From positions 1 through 64,000 of the forward strand of contig CAJVPI010000009.1 in the NCBI GenBank assembly GCA_910592345.1: 64,000 nucleotides of DNA. Direction: 5' to 3'. Shown piece by piece: positions 48,492-61,611 of the stretch. The position numbers and the translations under genes were made by a program. How positions within the stretch are numbered: position 1 is the first letter of the stretch; every line of letters begins with the position of its first letter. This DNA is from Paraglomus brasilianum (Eukaryota). The notes beneath the pieces are model-generated. The model saw only the letters and a list, made by a program, of their open reading frames with translations. It ran no database searches and was not told where the DNA came from.

Positions 48492-51400
48492 TTACTTAAC
48501 TGCAAAATGTAAATCCCAAGTATCTAGCCATGTTATGCTTTTTACTTCTTCTACACTTAGGCCTGGAGTTCCGTATGTTATTGGAGCGAAAAACCAGAAT
48601 GCCACTGCTGTCGCTCCAATTAATAAACCTGCAACGGGATAGGATGTCCATGGAACCAATGCGTGCAGAACCTGACGAGCCGGTTTCTTTACCAGAGGGG
48701 GGTATGAGACGGGATAATTAACCGAATCAACAAACATGAAATTAAACATGGCAGCTGCTACAAGATAAGAACATAGTAGCGCAGGGAGATAGTGATGGAG
48801 GAAGAGTGATCGCCCCATTAAAAAGAATGGGCCGTAATGGAGCAGCCATGCCATCACGAAGAATCCTGCAGAGTTGTAGAATCTATTTCTGACAGCTAAA
48901 GAACATGAATGCAATAAGCTTTTATATCCGTTATAAATGGTGACATCAAGACATTATTACTCACGTGGATGTAGCGGTGCCATTCCTCTTCGTCGCGAAA
49001 TAATTTCTGCTCCAATAATACCAATAAATACAGAAATCGCTCCTATGCTCAGCCACCAAGTGAGTGGATTTCCAATTAAATAAATCTGCGATCTACTATC
49101 ATTTTTTGTCCAAAACGATATTCCACGAACCAAAAATGGCCAGTTTATTGGAGAGCTTGCGTATGGGTGGGATTTAGTAAGTCCAGAGTTATGAGCAATC
49201 ATAAGCCGTTGGAGTTCGAAAAATTTATAAATAAAAGGTATTTCTTTCGGAGGTTTCTTGGACTCCCCGACTTCAGTCACTGGGGAAATAATTAAATAGA
49301 TTAGAAAGGCGATAAAGTAGAAGGGATTCCCGAATCTTAAAAGATATGTTTTAATTATTGCGTTTTACCATTCTTCCCGACAATTTCGTCGACGTACCAA
49401 AGATTACTCTTTTCAACATTATTCTTGTTTCCATTAACTTCTTGTTGTTTAAACGCCCACTGGGGCAAAGCCTCCTTATGCGTCCATAGTGCAACCTTTG
49501 TATCAAAATGTAGCAGTCTTGTATAACTAGCTTTACTCTTCCATACAGTATTTGACTCTCCTTTTTCAATCAATACTTCGAATACTGTCTCGTTATATCG
49601 GGAGTCGTTATCGGCAGGTATTGTAGTAAATTCTTGATTAGTGGGCATCAGTGGGGACGCAACATCGTGCGTTAGGAGATAAGTGCGAGTGTTTATGTGT
49701 TCTAAACGGATGTGGTCGCCATGCTTGATAGTATCGTTCGATGGTCGATCGGCTGAATTAAGGAAGGGGATAGCTGGCTTCACGATCCAGTGATTATTGC
49801 TATCTTTGTGTGGATATCCCGTTACTTGCTGTCCTGGAGACAATATATATATTAAAGAAGAGAATAGTAGAGGGTGAGGATGAGGATGAGACATCACAAT
49901 AAAAAAGTCTCATTCATAGTGACCAGCAGACGTAATTGCTATTAAACAATTACCTTGACTGCTTATCCTCCCGTCTTCGTATCGTAAAGGATATTTTTCA
50001 GAATGCGAATGTAGAAATACTGAAGTATCCTTATGTTTCAGAGTGATTGTGTCACCAAATCTGATTTCTATTAAAAACGCAACAGTCATTCAGCATAATC
50101 TTAATCAACATGATGTATATCACTTCCCAGATACGTACCATGACTTTCCAAATTCAACGAGTTTCCCTTCAAAGTAAGCTGGAACTCGGGACTCATAAAT
50201 GCATCTCCAGGACCACTGGTGTTAAGAATGGCAAAATGCACATAAAACCAGAATAGATAGATGGCGATCGGGACTATAATTAGACAAACCGCACGAGCAA
50301 AGAAGTGGCTTCTAAATTGTTGCTGTTGATTTTGTTGGGCTCAAAGTTAATATCATGTGATAGTTTGTTTGTCACGTGATATTGCCCCATACAGACCATA
50401 GTTAGACCACGTCTAATGTCCAATAGCTCCCACAGATCAGACATAACAGCAAAACCAATAGTAAAAACAGTGAACACTCCGACCAGCTTCACGCTGTAAA
50501 AGTACCTTTAGTTCACGTCTGCACGCTTGGCAAATGACAAATATCATTGCAGTATCTCACCTCATCGTCGAGCCGAGTGAAACTCCGGTGATGGTCAACC
50601 ATAACCACCAATCTGTAGAGAATGGACTGTTTAACAAATAATGCAATTAGTAAAAAATACTGGTACTGTAATCATCATACAAATAATTAACGCGTCTGGC
50701 TAGCTACCTTAATCGAAACTTGTAAAACTTGATATAAGAATACAAAGTACACATCATAAAGAACAAAAGCATCGCATCGAGTAAAATCAATCTCGTTTGG
50801 GTAATCAACGCATTATCTATCAAGTAACAAACCGATCAACAATCCGCTCCAACCAAAGTCCTCCCCCGTTGTCCATCTTACCAAACAATACAAGCCCGGC
50901 CGCGAAACAAGCGGTGATAACAGGGTATCCAGACTCAATCAAGATCAAATAAGTTAATGGAACCAGCAAAGCTCCAAGAGTAGCAGGCAACAATCTTAAT
51001 CCAACGTATGGAACGTTATTTTTTATGTAATCGTCGCCAATGTTATCGAACTCAAAGTGTCCATCATAACCAAGAAACCAACCCATTGCCGCTAACATGA
51101 GTTTGGCTAAAGGAGGATGAACGTCAAAGAAGTATGTGCGTTTCAGGTAGAAACTTGCAAACTTGCCAAAATGAACTTCGTCAAAGCTGATAAATTAGAT
51201 TGTGATAGATCCCGATGTAGGTGGTTAGGAGTTCAATTGTTTCTTACAGAGAATGCAAGTGAGGACAGGAATTGATTAAGAAAGGTGAAAGACGGTTGGG
51301 AATTTAAATACAACTTACACAACTTCGCTTGGATTACTTATACGCCAAAGTCTCGTTATAAAGCTAAGGCCTGTAATGACTATTAATATCACATTGGAAT

Positions 51401-51604
51401 ATTCGTCTTCTTCAGGTTGTGGCGGCTCGTACTTTAACGACTCATCCTACAATGAAGCGAGTCTATAAGATATAATTCTTTCGCATCAATGCGAATACTT
51501 TTCATGCTTTCTACCTTTGTTTTATTCTCCAAGTTGGTCTGGGGTAAAAACTCTTCGGCCTCAGTATCAGACTTTTTGCCAACTCGTTGCCGAATTTCTG
51601 CCAT
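48492..51604 (-). CDS. PMT4: dolichyl-phosphate-mannose:protein O-mannosyltransferase, PMT4 subfamily, 11 exons
   Basis: [27 protein letters not shown], MIR domains (RISSQGQQVTGYPHKDSNNHW), HPYASSPINWPFLVRGISFW, LFLHHYLPA. Confidence 0.93.
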
Positions 51605-52368
51605 GGCTCTATTGGAAAAAAAAGAAGCCTCTGTGCAAATGATTTTTGCAGAAATTTCATGACAACCGAAACACGTGGTGTCGTTTACTGCGTAACTCTG
51701 ATTATTTTAGTAGTTCGGAATTGCTGGTATCTAGGCAAAGAATTAACTACCTCAGGATTCAGTTACCAAGAGCTACGAAAATTAGAATTAACGTAATGAA
51801 TGAAGAATGACGTAGTATGTTTATGGTAATTCAATATGCATCCGGAGCATTCGGTTGTCATATCATTTATTATTCATGGCATACTTTTGCTTTCCAGCGT
51901 CGCATCGATATTTCGATTATAGCGAAGTTGGGCAAATTCTACGCGTGCATTTTAACATGATGAAGCCAGCATTCAATGCTTCATATTCGTTACAATCTCT
52001 TACTCTAATTAAGTTGATTTGGAGTAATTGCAGAACGATTGAAAAAGAATTGCTAACATAGCAGCCAAGGCAAAGTATGAATGCTTAAAAAAAACCAGAG
52101 TTATACGTGACGAAAACTCCCAAAGGTATTGAACAAATTGGAACAAATTTGAAATTTGATAATTCGATTACCGAGAAAATTAAATCACTGTATATTAATA
52201 TTAATAGAGTTGTCAAAAAGTTAAATTAACTCCATGCGAATTTATTAACCCCTGAAAATTAATGTTCATAATAATCACTCGTATGTAGACGTCATCAGTT
52301 TGGATAGCGTGACGTTTCTTCAAATTTACAGAATATGCGTGTGCGGAGAATGCAAGCAATTCCAGAAG

Positions 52369-54259
52369 ATGAATGGAAACTGGTGTCTTATTGAAAGCGA
52401 TCCGGGTACGTCTTCTGCAAAGCATAACTGTATTATTGAAAGTGCATTGGTCGATTTACACGCGGACTGTAGTGGGAATTTCACAATAGCGTCATACTTA
52501 TACGTGGCAGCAATAGCAAACAGATTGCAGAGCGGGAGTTTAGACAATGTGTAAAGTTAAAGCAGCATTAGTAGTCTCTCTTTCAGCTTTAAACAATATC
52601 ACAATGCTCATGGATTCTGTCGGGACAAAGCAAGCGACAGCCATTATCTTTGTTGAATTACACTTATTAGAAGTCAAGATTTATTATCGGTTACAAGTAT
52701 TCGTTGAGCTTATATGTCTTTGCCTACCCCCCTGCAAAGCAGTTTCTTGTGGCAATGTATCAAGTAACATGAAAAGACGTCTAATTGACTTTTTTGTGAT
52801 TACAAATAGGTGTGTTTACTGATTTAATACGGGCACTACATGTGAAAGGAACGCAAGTGGAAGAAGTATGGAGTCTGGACGATCAGACATTGGAAGAACT
52901 CAAGTGAGTTGGAACCACAATTTGTCTGGGTAAAAGGCGCAAGTCGGTTTAAATTTTTATGCCCAGTATCAAAAAAGAAAAGAAAAGTATTTACTGGTTT
53001 TTTTTGTTAGACCAATTTATGGGTTGATATTTTTATTTAAGTGGCAAGGCGGTAATGACAGTTCACAAATTCCACCTGAAGCAGACTTGAGCCTTGATGA
53101 TGATGTTTACTTTGCAAAACAGGTAGCGGCTTGGAAAGAACGCGAAGTTTACCGAAATATGTGCCTATTTGGGCTGGTTTAATTGTTCGCCAAGATTAAG
53201 TTGGCATTTGACATCTAATTCTCGACATCAATTGGCAGGTAATTAACAATGCCTGTGCGACTCAAGCAATCTTATCCATTCTGCTCAATTGCCCATCAAT
53301 CGAACTGGGGAGCGTTTTAAGTGAATTCAAAGACTTTACACGAGATTTCAATGCATACGTACGTCATTTCTGCTTTATTTTTACAATCTCGTCCGTGTGA
53401 TTGTTTGACTAACTATTATGCAACGACAACAGGATAGAGGCCTGGCCATGACAAATAGCGACTCCATTCGTACCGTACACAACAGTTTTGCGCGTGCAGA
53501 TCCTTTCATAACCGAGCCCACGAGAGCAGCTACCGAGGATGACGATTTATTTCACTTTATCTCATACATACCAATAAATGGTGCTTTATACGAGTTGGAT
53601 GGTCTCAGTGCTGGTCCAGTGAATTTGGGTAGGGATACCATTCGTTCTTATTCACTTCGATATTCGGCGTTATAGGCAGTGGAATTTCTAAAAATGAATG
53701 AATTTTAGTAATGGCCTCGTACACATCTAACGGCGATTGATGGACGTTTAGGGCCATGTACCGAAGACAATTGGCTTGAAAAAGCCCGCGAAGTTATACA
53801 AGAACGAATGGCACGTTATGCCGCTTCAGAGATTCGATTTAATTTACTAGCAGTCATCAAAAATCGTGCAGAATTATACCGCGAACGTGTATCTGAGAAT
53901 GAAAGCCGGCTAATGGAAGCATCTGCATCAGGCGACTCTGAAACATTGATGAGGTTGACTGAAGAGAATGCAGTACTATCACAAAAGATAGAAAGGGAAC
54001 ACGAGAAATTCCGCCGTTATGAGGTAAACAGTCGTAATACTGCCCAGCTCTAATCTCGACACTTGCTGACTTTTTGTTACTTGTTTAGCGCGAGAATTCT
54101 CTCCGAAAGCATAATTTCATACCACTTATATACAAACTTGTTCAAATTATGGCGGAGCGGGGCGATCTAGAAAATAGAATTGAATATGCCAGGCAGCAAG
54201 CAAACAAGAGACAGAAAGATCGCGCCGAAAAGAAGAAGCAAAGTGAGGAAGCATTATGA
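52369..54259 (+). CDS. UCH37: ubiquitin C-terminal hydrolase UCH37/UCHL5, 7 exons
   Basis: [16 protein letters not shown]..., [13 protein letters not shown] (catalytic Cys), [29 protein letters not shown]. Confidence 0.95.
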
Positions 54260-54381
54260 GAAAAACGTCATAAATAATCAATCGCTTGTCCTTGGACTAT
54301 ATTTTACTTTTGAATAAAAAGGAACCACTTGAATTACTGACTATGATTAATTCATCTTTTTATTTCAAATGAATGACCAAT

Positions 54382-55252
54382 TTAGAACCTAGTGATTGAG
54401 GCAAATATGTAAAGGAACGGTTTAGCTGATTGATTTATATGATAGATAACTGTCGCTTTAGACCAAAACTATACTTACTTGGCAAATTGTTTTGAGCCCT
54501 TTTGTACCTTCTTTTGATGTTTTATGACATTAAAGCGAACGGTTTTGGATAAGGGTCTTTGGTAGTATCAAAGAACAGAATGTGAGAAAAGATTACGAGT
54601 CTATTGTCGAGAGCTGCTATCATTACTGCAAAATAGACAAACATTCCGCAATGGATCAGAATTACTGCTTACCGACATTGACCAACGGTGACATGATCGC
54701 CAACCTGGTTTTCAACAAGAACAGTAGACAAATAAGTATTTATCAATTAAGTAACTTTGCCCACCCATCTCATATGCGAATACACAGTACCTGAACATCG
54801 ATAAAGGCAGGTGATAGATGTGCGGCCAGATTCTTGTGGCGCTTCTCGTAACGATTATATTTGGGTACATAATGTAGATACTCTCTACGGACAATGATTG
54901 TCCTCTTCATCTTGTTTGAGACAACGACACCCGACAGAATACGACCTCGGATCGATACTTGACCTGTCCATGGGCATTTTTTATCGATGTATGTACCCTC
55001 GATGGCTTCTTTTGGTGTCTTTATGCCAAGACCGACATCTTTATACCAGCGTATTGTTTTCACCTTTTTACCAACAGTTTTGGCATTGAGAAAGATGCCC
55101 GGTTGCTTTTGGAAGGCTTTTTCAACCTAACATGGATCAATTCGAATTATCAATCATTTTCAAAAGGCATAGATTCCTTCACAACACAAAAATTGCTCTT
55201 GTAAATAACTAGAATGTGCGTGTCCGACGTCTGTAGGTACCTGTTCAGACAT
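54382..55252 (-). CDS. RPS11: 40S ribosomal protein S11 (uS17), 5 exons
   Basis: [12 protein letters not shown]...[30 protein letters not shown]...[39 protein letters not shown]...FAK|F*. Confidence 0.97.
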
Positions 55253-58200
55253 GTTGACTATGAATTCTAAAGAGAATGAGCCCACAGAACAAGGAAATGC
55301 GAAAGAGGAAGATAAACGTGAAAATTTTTCCAACGTTCATATAGAGTTGGGAATGAACGTTTGTAAGTTACACGAAGTACAAGTCATGTGATGTAACGAG
55401 CGCGTAATATTTTAGACATGATGGCTCAAGCCAACGAAAACGAAACATGGTCTCCCAATGGTCTCCACGAATATAGTTTGGTCAATCAAACGAGTGGGAT
55501 AATTTAGTGTCTAGTTACTTCCATATATTAATACAGTAATATGACTGTGAGTCTGACAATGTCTGAAGAGATAAGAAGAAGAATTGGGGACGTGAGAAAG
55601 AAAATGTGATAGGTTACCCTAAAGAGAGTGCAACTGATTTTATAATAATTCCTGCGAGTGAAGCTCATTTATCCAAACGATTGTTAAAAGCCCAACTTGC
55701 CAGGCATATACGGAGTACTCATCGAACGCGCCAGCATTAGCAGCAGGCATCTAGTGCAGGAACTGATAATATATGGATTATACGTATATACACAATAGAC
55801 AATATACAATGTGATGAATGATCGCACAAGCGTTTGACGACTGGACATCTACAATGGTTACAAAAGAAAGATGGGAGAAATGATGTACTGAACGAATTCT
55901 TGTACTGCACTTTCCGGACGCCTTTAATGATTTCTTTGAACAATCCACAAATACGCCCCCAAATGTTATCTCCAGACTGTGCGGTACATTATTATTATAT
56001 ATTTTTAGTTCTCCTCACAATCCAATAGAAGGAGAAATGAATGATGCAATAAATCCAGAGGAACTAGAAGACTGTCAGCAGCAGTTAGAGAGGAACTAGA
56101 AAACGCTGTACGTTGCTTTGATGGCACGAGTTTCGAATTCGGATTTTATGATGGCATAATAATATTATTAATAAATGTATTCGACTAATTTGACGGGAAT
56201 ACCGTGCTATTTATTTGCTTGCCAATCAATTTCCAAAATTTTCGTTTTTTTTTTCTTCCCTTGTCCACTCGATCATTATCCATCCGTCTCATCAACAGTT
56301 TGTTATCAACCTCAATAATATAGATTATAGTTCTATGGCATGAGATCAATCATTTTCGTTGTCTAGATGGATATCAGTGCTCGTAGAAAAAGGTTTTTCC
56401 TTTGAACTCGAACCTTTGCAATTGGTAAGCATTGTATATCTCGCATACACTAGTCTTTTCTTTTTTTTATGATGAGCAACGTACCGTTCGATTCGCAGTT
56501 TCCACCGAAAGGGTGTAAATCCCTGGTGATGGTTATCAACACTTCCTTGGATGACTGATAAAATAACAATCAAATAACGAATGATGAATATAATACAAAA
56601 TAACTTTTACTAATCATTTCGATTTGCTTCTCTTTTTGTGATTTAGTCGGTCATTGTCTGCGGCAATTGAATAGTAAGTCGTTTCTCGATTGTTTTATAA
56701 TTATTGAGAAACAGTATGATGAGCAAAAACTTTAGTAAAAAACGATAGGAATTGCCGTCATAACGACGTGTTATTGTCTTGATGAAACAAGGTTCCCTGA
56801 AACGAATAAAAAGCATATGAATTTATTTTGATGGTGTTGATTGATGTTTATGATTGTCTGCTTTCTACATTTAACAGAACGAGCATGATGGTTGATGCGG
56901 GTTTATGCGGCCCGATGATTAGCCTCAATATCCGGGCAGCCAATTTGTTTCGAGTCTAAGTATGTCGATTCCGTATTGGGTCTATCTCATGCCATTTACA
57001 TGCATATGTATCTACGACGGTCAAACTTGTTTCTCTTGATGTATATACTGTTACAAGAATGAGAGCTCAAAGATTAAAAATACGCAAACAAGTTTTCGCT
57101 GTATCGAAATAATTAGTTTGTTTTTATTTCGTAAGCTTCGTCTACCCTCCAGATCGATTCTCAATTCCGCAACATTTTCACCTCAATTTGTTTCACCCCT
57201 TTACCCGCACTGCATGAGGTGGCAGTTGCTAACGAAATTATCCCATAGTAATAGTAGGATTTAGAAGATTGCATCGGATCGTCTTCACAGTGCAGTCGAA
57301 ACTATCCAATCACTTCAGCGGTTAGGCAGCCAACCGTATGACCCAAACTAGTCTTGGAACGGGATTCTCGCTTTCTCCGTTACCATCTTATTTTTAGTCG
57401 ATGTTCAAAACAAATGTTAATAGACTCAATCTTCATGTCAAGAAGTATGACATGATGGCAATATGTTATTTGACAGAGTCTTTAATGTTTTACCATCGTT
57501 GCGACTAACTTTAAAGGAATTATTATCTTTGGTTGAGGCGAATAAATATGAGCTTTGCAAATAAGATAGCATTTGTTTTTATTTAGCACTGGGATCAAGA
57601 ATACAAAGCAGCTCGCAGGCCTATGACCGGAACATAATGCGATCGCTGATATCGACAATAGTACAGTCATTTTTATAGTCAAAGTCCGTCTATAGTCTCC
57701 GCTTTTTATAAATTACCAACTGTATAAAAACAATTGTCTATAATCCCATGTCTCTATAGTCTCTGCTAATCACCTCATCTCTGTTTGTCTGTGCGTTTCA
57801 ATACTAATGTAAGGTGTAAGGGTCGACTGTAATAGTAACTAACACTCTGGAGTGAAAAAACCCCGTCAGTCTTCAAATGAATTATGACGAGATGGAGGGG
57901 TATTCTTCGCGAACTAATATGCGACAGATGTGAATGGGACACCAACCGAAAATGTGTAAAATTACAACCCTGCGCGCAACGCGAGAACGTTGTTTGTGGA
58001 AGGATAAATGTGCCAAAGATATACCTTTCACTTGAACGTGCTAACTTATTCCTTCTGGTGGTGGTGTTTTATTGTGTGAAGAAATGTTCAAAACTTTTAG
58101 ATAACAAAGTCAAAACCAGAAAGAATAAGTTTTTAAATAAGCAGAACTCGCCATAAATGAATCTTCGAAACCTCCATATGAAAGTGTCAAAAGCATTTGC

Positions 58201-59706
58201 AAGCTAGACAATCGTTGCCAGCATGGGAATGCACTTTTGAATAATGCACGTTGATGTTTTTCTCTTTAATGGGCAAATAATTGAAGGTAGTAAGTAAACA
58301 AACTTATGCATTGTTGAATACCATTTTGACCTTGGAGCCTTTAAATTAGCTAGATTTCACTAAAAAGATGTAAACAAATTATTTCTTCATTTTAATACAT
58401 AGAAATCCTATCCTTTCCGTTTTGGTATAAGGCACTGTAAATTGTCATAGCCAAATTTCTTTATGATCATCATTCAGGTACATGTGTTTCCAACACTATT
58501 TAAAGTTAAGTTATTATTATTGCGACTCTTCAAACCATTAACGAGGGGTAAAGGTATTCGCATCATAATCATTTGTTGACATCGATCGTCTGACAAGCAA
58601 TCATATTCGTATCAGAATTAATACAGTTTTAATGTCTCCTGTTATGAACAAAGAACATCTGAGCGTTCACAAGGTTGGGGGAGACGACCGGAATCTAATT
58701 TCCCTTTCTCTTTCCCTTTTCCCTTTCCCTTGGCTTTGCGCGACATGAAACATGATGTAATCTATTAATAATAAATAGCTATTTGATTCCACCAGCCACG
58801 TGAATAATCAGTGGCGTGACGATATGGTAACCTTGACAACCATATAAGGTAATATTGTTCATCAGGTTTCCAGCGTTCCCAGACCCTTTATCGAAGATTC
58901 GGTCACTTAATTCGTGCACTTTATTTTGTTCTCCATTTGCTTTGCTATATTCGTTTTCGTTTATGCTCATATGAATCGCACGCACAAAATACACTTTCAG
59001 CCATCGATACATTCCCACCATAGCCAAATCCATCGACAACATATTTCACCAAATATGGATAAATTTACTCAGAATGCACCACTCAAGTTTGGTGTTCTCA
59101 TTCTAACCCCACAAAACACAACAGATAAACATAGTACCACACCATAATATTGGAACAGAATATCGCAATTTGTCATAATGAGAGTGATATAATGCATCAC
59201 TTCGATACGTAATTACGCCAATTCGAGGTTGATAGAATTGTAGCAATTCTCAGTGCGCGTTCACCATTTGGCAAATACAAGCCAAACATTACCCAAGCAA
59301 AAGATTTGTCATCCTATTATACTTGCACTTTATATTGTATGCAAATGGCTTGTATTACAGTGATAATCGAGTGGAATCTATTTATAACCCGCACTTCCAA
59401 ATATATTGATTGTAGTTGATGACGTAATTTCATATTTATGTAGAAGGTTCACACCACCTGATAAGGCGTTAGTAGTTCAGATATTTGGTATGTATAAATA
59501 TTCGGTTTGGATTATCACTGGTTGTGTTCATGGGGTGGGGGTGCGAGAGGGGGCTGTACCAAATTGAGAATGGCAGCGTGGGATGAGCATGTGGTCCATT
59601 CATATAAGAGAGTACCCGTTCTATATCGTCCAAGTGTAAACGAAATACCGAGTGATAAATTAAATCTCTCTACACAAACACAAGATGTTACGAATGATGG
59701 GGTATT

Positions 59707-59822
59707 GGGCAATGTGGACAATGTGGGCAATGTGGGCAAGTGGGCAAGTGGACAAGTGGGCAAGTGGGCAATGTGTAATGGTAACGTAGGTAACGTAGGG
59801 TGGGTAGCGTAGGTAACGTAGA
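59707..59822. repeat. compound minisatellite (gggcaa(t)gt)n followed by (gtaggtaac)n
   Basis: Direct inspection. Confidence 0.8.
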
Positions 59823-61611
59823 GACAAATAAACCACATTCGTAACAATCAATACAATCGACATTCATTCTCTCTGTGTTGTCACAGAAGAGAGTTGGTAC
59901 TCATATATGATCTGCTAAATGCAGGTCTGTTTATGTTTAAGACTATTATACTGCAGCGAAGAGAGGGAGATGGATAGGCAAAGGAGAAACGCAAAAGACA
60001 AGAAATCAGCGATGATGTATAACAGCAGTAATGGCATGTGAAGTAAAGGTAATCGCAAACCGGCAGTAATATCATGTATGAATGAGATGATCATCAATTT
60101 ATTGCCACAATAAATTCTTTGTTTGAGAATGGACATTTGTTATTAGTCTACAAACAATGCTATCTGAACATAGGCGTTACATACTCACCACATACCAAAC
60201 AATATGGAATTTTTGTAAATAATGATGGAAAGTAAGCACCTGATATGGAAATAACATCGGGGTGGGTTAACAACAAATGTGCACCAATTCGTAATAGTAG
60301 AATCGATATAACAAATCACAGTTTATTAGCTTGTCTTACATAATGACTTGTTTTCCATCTACCACATCTTCCAACTACAACTACACAATTACTTTGTTGT
60401 TATTGTTATTGTTATGTTATGATTATGATTATGTTATTCCTGGGCCGGGTTAGGGTACGATGGATGTCATCACCTAATTCCATTGGCCATTTGATACAAG
60501 CTGAAATATCCAATTTTGATGCGCCGAATATCGCCCGCATCTCATTGAGTTTTTACGCCTCCCCGAAACAGCACCTCCTTTTACACCAAAATTAATAAAG
60601 GTTAATAAAATAAATACTTGCAGCAAACCCGATGACAAGACGCTTGGAGGCCAATAGAAACAAAGATAATATATCATCACCACTGTTCATGCATGGTTAT
60701 TAAGTTAGCTTGTTGTTAAGCCACCGACCGATTTGTTAGAATCTTAACCTCGGTCGTTAATTGTGACTCAAATATAATACATACCATATATAAATGGTTA
60801 TATTTACAATGCATTTATTTATTCGCAAATAATACATCTCGTATATATTTATACAGAAACACAATTACGACATCTATTCCGTATTTACCGTAACACAATT
60901 TCCATTAGGGGTAAAGCTGCTGCAATATCCACAGTATTCGCTCCCCTATATCTTCACACAACCTCCGCCCACCTCACTTTTCTTCCTTCCCTTTTCTCTT
61001 ACCAAACTCCTCCAGTACTCATCTGAACAGCGCTTCTGGAAAGAGGTTATTTAGATCTCCATCCAAATACTCCACGCTGGAACACCATTATTACCGCTAC
61101 AACTCGAGAATACACAAACACACTCTAGTATATAAAAAACTAAAATAGCAAAAAAAAAAAATACTCAAACTTCAATAATAGTACCCATATCTCATATCAG
61201 TATCAATTTCAAAACTACCAACTCTTTCAAACTGTTCTCTTTCAAACAACGGTTTCATCTATCAACCTCTCCTCATCCAGGTAAATTTCTATTTGCAACG
61301 GCGAGGAAAAGAACTATTGCTTGGCATTTTCGATTGCTTGTCATCACACAAAAGAATATAAAGCGTATGGTAGAACTCTTGTTGAGAGATTGTAAATTTC
61401 GTACAAGTCTACATACCATACTGCATGCTCTTTTGCTTTCGTAGCCTTTCTCATACTCTGCTTTTTCTCAGACGCAAAGAGACATGCTAATGCAATATTA
61501 TACCCAACACCGTATCGCACTATTCTAGGCTTTCAAAAGAACAACCGAAATACTGGACTATTCTAATCCCCCGCTTAAAGACATTTATAAAAGGACACTA
61601 AAATATAAAAA

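Noticed and set aside
9766..55252. U12-type introns or in-frame Sec (TGA) codons in the intact genes
   Set aside because: All introns read were ordinary GT-AG without the GTATCCTT donor, and no in-frame TGA occurred in intact genes.
55810..55891. Possible C/D-box snoRNA (gtgatga ... ctga)
   Set aside because: No terminal stem and no recognisable rRNA-complementary guide.
57662..57831. Possible degenerate MITE (tacagtc ... gactgta)
   Set aside because: Only 7 bp of inverted identity.
60446..60454. gggttaggg telomere-like motif
   Set aside because: A single unit, not an array.
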